From Gammaproteobacteria bacterium (lineage in GTDB: Bacteria; Pseudomonadota; Gammaproteobacteria; Burkholderiales; SG8-41), in assembly GCA_041483135.1 (NCBI GenBank), contig JBGPFE010000003.1, forward strand, positions 72,563 to 136,562: DNA of 64,000 nt. The letters run 5' to 3'. A program made the position numbers and the translations under genes. The notes under the pieces are model-generated. The model was not told where the DNA came from. It was given only the letters and a program-made list of their open reading frames with translations, and did no database searches. The stretch's first letter is position 1. Each line of letters begins with the position of its first letter. Positions 62,174 through 64,000 of this stretch are shown one piece after another.

Positions 62174-63999
62174 GTGCGTGCGGCGCGCCGCCATGCTGTA
62201 GATAATGCGCGCGCCGCGAATTCGACTGCCATCTCGCGCTTGTAAGCCGCCGACCCGCGGACATTCGACATGGGCTGCGCGAGCGTGCGTACTTGCTGCA
62301 CGGCTTTGCGTATCCGATCCGGGTCCAATGCCTGGCCGGCAAGGTCTCGTAAATCGAGAACGATAGGTTTCCAGCTGACCGACCCGACGACGACGCGTGC
62401 AGCAGTGCACTTGCCGGCAGCATCGAGCTGCACCATCGCGGCCGTGTTTACTGCCGGCGTTTCGATTACGCCGCGAGGCAGGTATTTGCAGAAGCTCGAG
62501 CCCGTGCGCGGCGGAAGGGCGTCTACCTCGATTCCCGTCACAAGCTCGTCCTTCCCGAGGCGCGCCTCGAACAATTGCTGCAATGGCATTGTACGCGGCT
62601 TTTGTGGCCCCGCAACGCTGACCTTGCCACGCAGCGCCAGCAGCGCGACCGGCAGGTCGAAACCACCGATCAACGGTCCCACGCTGCCGCCGACCGTCGT
62701 CATTTGCCGGATCCGCGTGTGGCCCGCGCTCTCGAGGGCTTCACCGATCGCCTGCCACGCTTCGCGCACTTGCTCATTTTCGTAGAGCGCCTGCTGGCGT
62801 ACCGCCGCGCCGGCGCGCAGCGTGCCGTGTGCGTCGATCGACCATATAGCAAGCTCGGGAATGCGCCCGATGGCAATGAGGCGCTTCGCCTGCGGGAAGC
62901 CCGTCCGTTCGCGCCGCACCGCGTGCGACATGCCGCCGGCGATAATGGCAGCGTCGCCTTTGGCGAGTGCAGCCACGATCTCGTCGACGCTGCGCGCGAA
63001 GATGAATTCCGCATTGACCGGGCGTGCGCCTGATGGACGGCCCGCGGCGAGCCGGTTCCACACCGAGCTCTTGGGCGCGGCGGGAGGCGCAGGTTGGTCG
63101 CCCGCATAAAGCCCGGGATGCAGCGCGCGATGAATTTTTTCCGCGGTGATCGGCAGTTCCCTGATGCGCACGCCGACCGCGTCCGCGATCGCGTTGGCAA
63201 TCGCCGCTGGCACGGCGTCGAGCCCGATCTCGCCGAGACCCTTTGCACCGTACGGTCCGGACGGTTCGTACGAGTCGGCGAATGCGACGTGGAGCTTTGG
63301 CATCATCGCGGCGGACGGAATCGCGTAGTCGATAAGCTGCGGGTCGGTCGGGGCTCCGCCGTACCAATCGAAGTACTCGGTGAGCGCAAGGCCAAGCCCT
63401 TGCGTGACGGCGCCCGTCACCTGGCCTTCCGCAGCCGCCGGATGAATCACGGTGCCGCAATCGACGGCAGTCGCGAGCTCCGCCACTGTGACCCTGCCGG
63501 TATCCGGATCGACTTCGACTTCCGCCGCGTTCACTGCGAAGTTATAGGCGCCCGACTCGTTGCCGTAGCGGCTGTGGTCCGGAAACGCCGAAGGATTGTC
63601 CCAGCTGCCGACGCCGACGATCGGCTGCCCGCCGGGCTGATAGATATGCGCGCGCACGATCGCGGCGACCGTTTTGAAATCGGCTTCGCGCCCGCGGCGC
63701 GGCCCGATCTCGCCATTGATGATCGCCAGCTCGTCCATCGGGCGCTGGAATTGCGCGGCCGCAGCCGCGAGCAATTGGTTCTTCGCCGCCGCCGCCGCGC
63801 GCTTGACTGCGTTGCCGGCGACGTAGGTCAGGCGGCTCGCGAGCGCCCCGAGCGCATACGTCTGCACATCCGTGTCGGGACGCGTGATGTCCACGTCTTC
63901 GTAGCGCAGGCCGAGCTCTTCCGCCGCAATCTGGCGCAATACCGTCAACGTGCCCTGGCCGATTTCGCCTTCGCCGGTGATGATCGTGGCGCGGCCGTC
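62170..63999 (-). CDS. Xanthine-dehydrogenase-family molybdopterin subunit fused to a C-terminal FAD-binding domain (5' end truncated)
   Basis: Frame is open to the window edge (GEGEIGQG). Mo-domain motifs ASRLT, EVEVDPDTG, GAKGLGE are followed in frame by CoxM-like AIIAGG, IRQMTTVGGS, NVRGSAAYKR. Confidence 0.88.
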   Translation of the reverse strand, partial: DGRATIITGEGEIGQGTLTVLRQIAAEELGLRYEDVDITRPDTDVQTYALGALASRLTYVAGNAVKRAAAAAKNQLLAAAAAQFQRPMDELAIINGEIGPRRGREADFKTVAAIVRAHIYQPGGQPIVGVGSWDNPSAFPDHSRYGNESGAYNFAVNAAEVEVDPDTGRVTVAELATAVDCGTVIHPAAAEGQVTGAVTQGLGLALTEYFDWYGGAPTDPQLIDYAIPSAAMMPKLHVAFADSYEPSGPYGAKGLGEIGLDAVPAAIANAIADAVGVRIRELPITAEKIHRALHPGLYAGDQPAPPAAPKSSVWNRLAAGRPSGARPVNAEFIFARSVDEIVAALAKGDAAIIAGGMSHAVRRERTGFPQAKRLIAIGRIPELAIWSIDAHGTLRAGAAVRQQALYENEQVREAWQAIGEALESAGHTRIRQMTTVGGSVGPLIGGFDLPVALLALRGKVSVAGPQKPRTMPLQQLFEARLGKDELVTGIEVDALPPRTGSSFCKYLPRGVIETPAVNTAAMVQLDAAGKCTAARVVVGSVSWKPIVLDLRDLAGQALDPDRIRKAVQQVRTLAQPMSNVRGSAAYKREMAVEFAARALSTAWRRAART

Positions 64000-64000
64000 G

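Overview
A GC-rich, gene-dense chromosomal segment, most likely from a betaproteobacterium. This is inferred from the alaC-hom-thrC operon, three Bug/TctC binding proteins, and the insertion-bearing TrpS in a PHP-YciO-S2P-trpS-scpAB cluster. About 55 CDSs are supportable. They include surE-pcm-nlpD (no rpoS), a MoxR/DUF58/transglutaminase trio, a divergent GNAT/deacetylase pair, nadC, clpB with a clear sigma32 promoter, two convergent GGDEF-EAL proteins, rhlE, an HNH nuclease, an orphan sat, a TolC/MFP/RND pump, an initiator tRNA-Met, a UbiD-family decarboxylase, and a truncated molybdenum hydroxylase with a fused FAD domain. I saw no transposase, integrase, prophage, CRISPR array or rRNA. The most unusual signals are non-coding or remnant: (i) two ~105-bp elements with the same terminal inverted repeat whose ends supply host stop codons; (ii) three palindromes built from 7- or 8-nt periodic units at gene boundaries; (iii) an OsmC pseudogene reading in frame into a CHASE-GGDEF-EAL gene; (iv) a possible two-state leader upstream of rhlE; (v) an unlisted 52-aa membrane peptide. 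All calls come from reading the sequence and recalled family motifs; no database searches were run.
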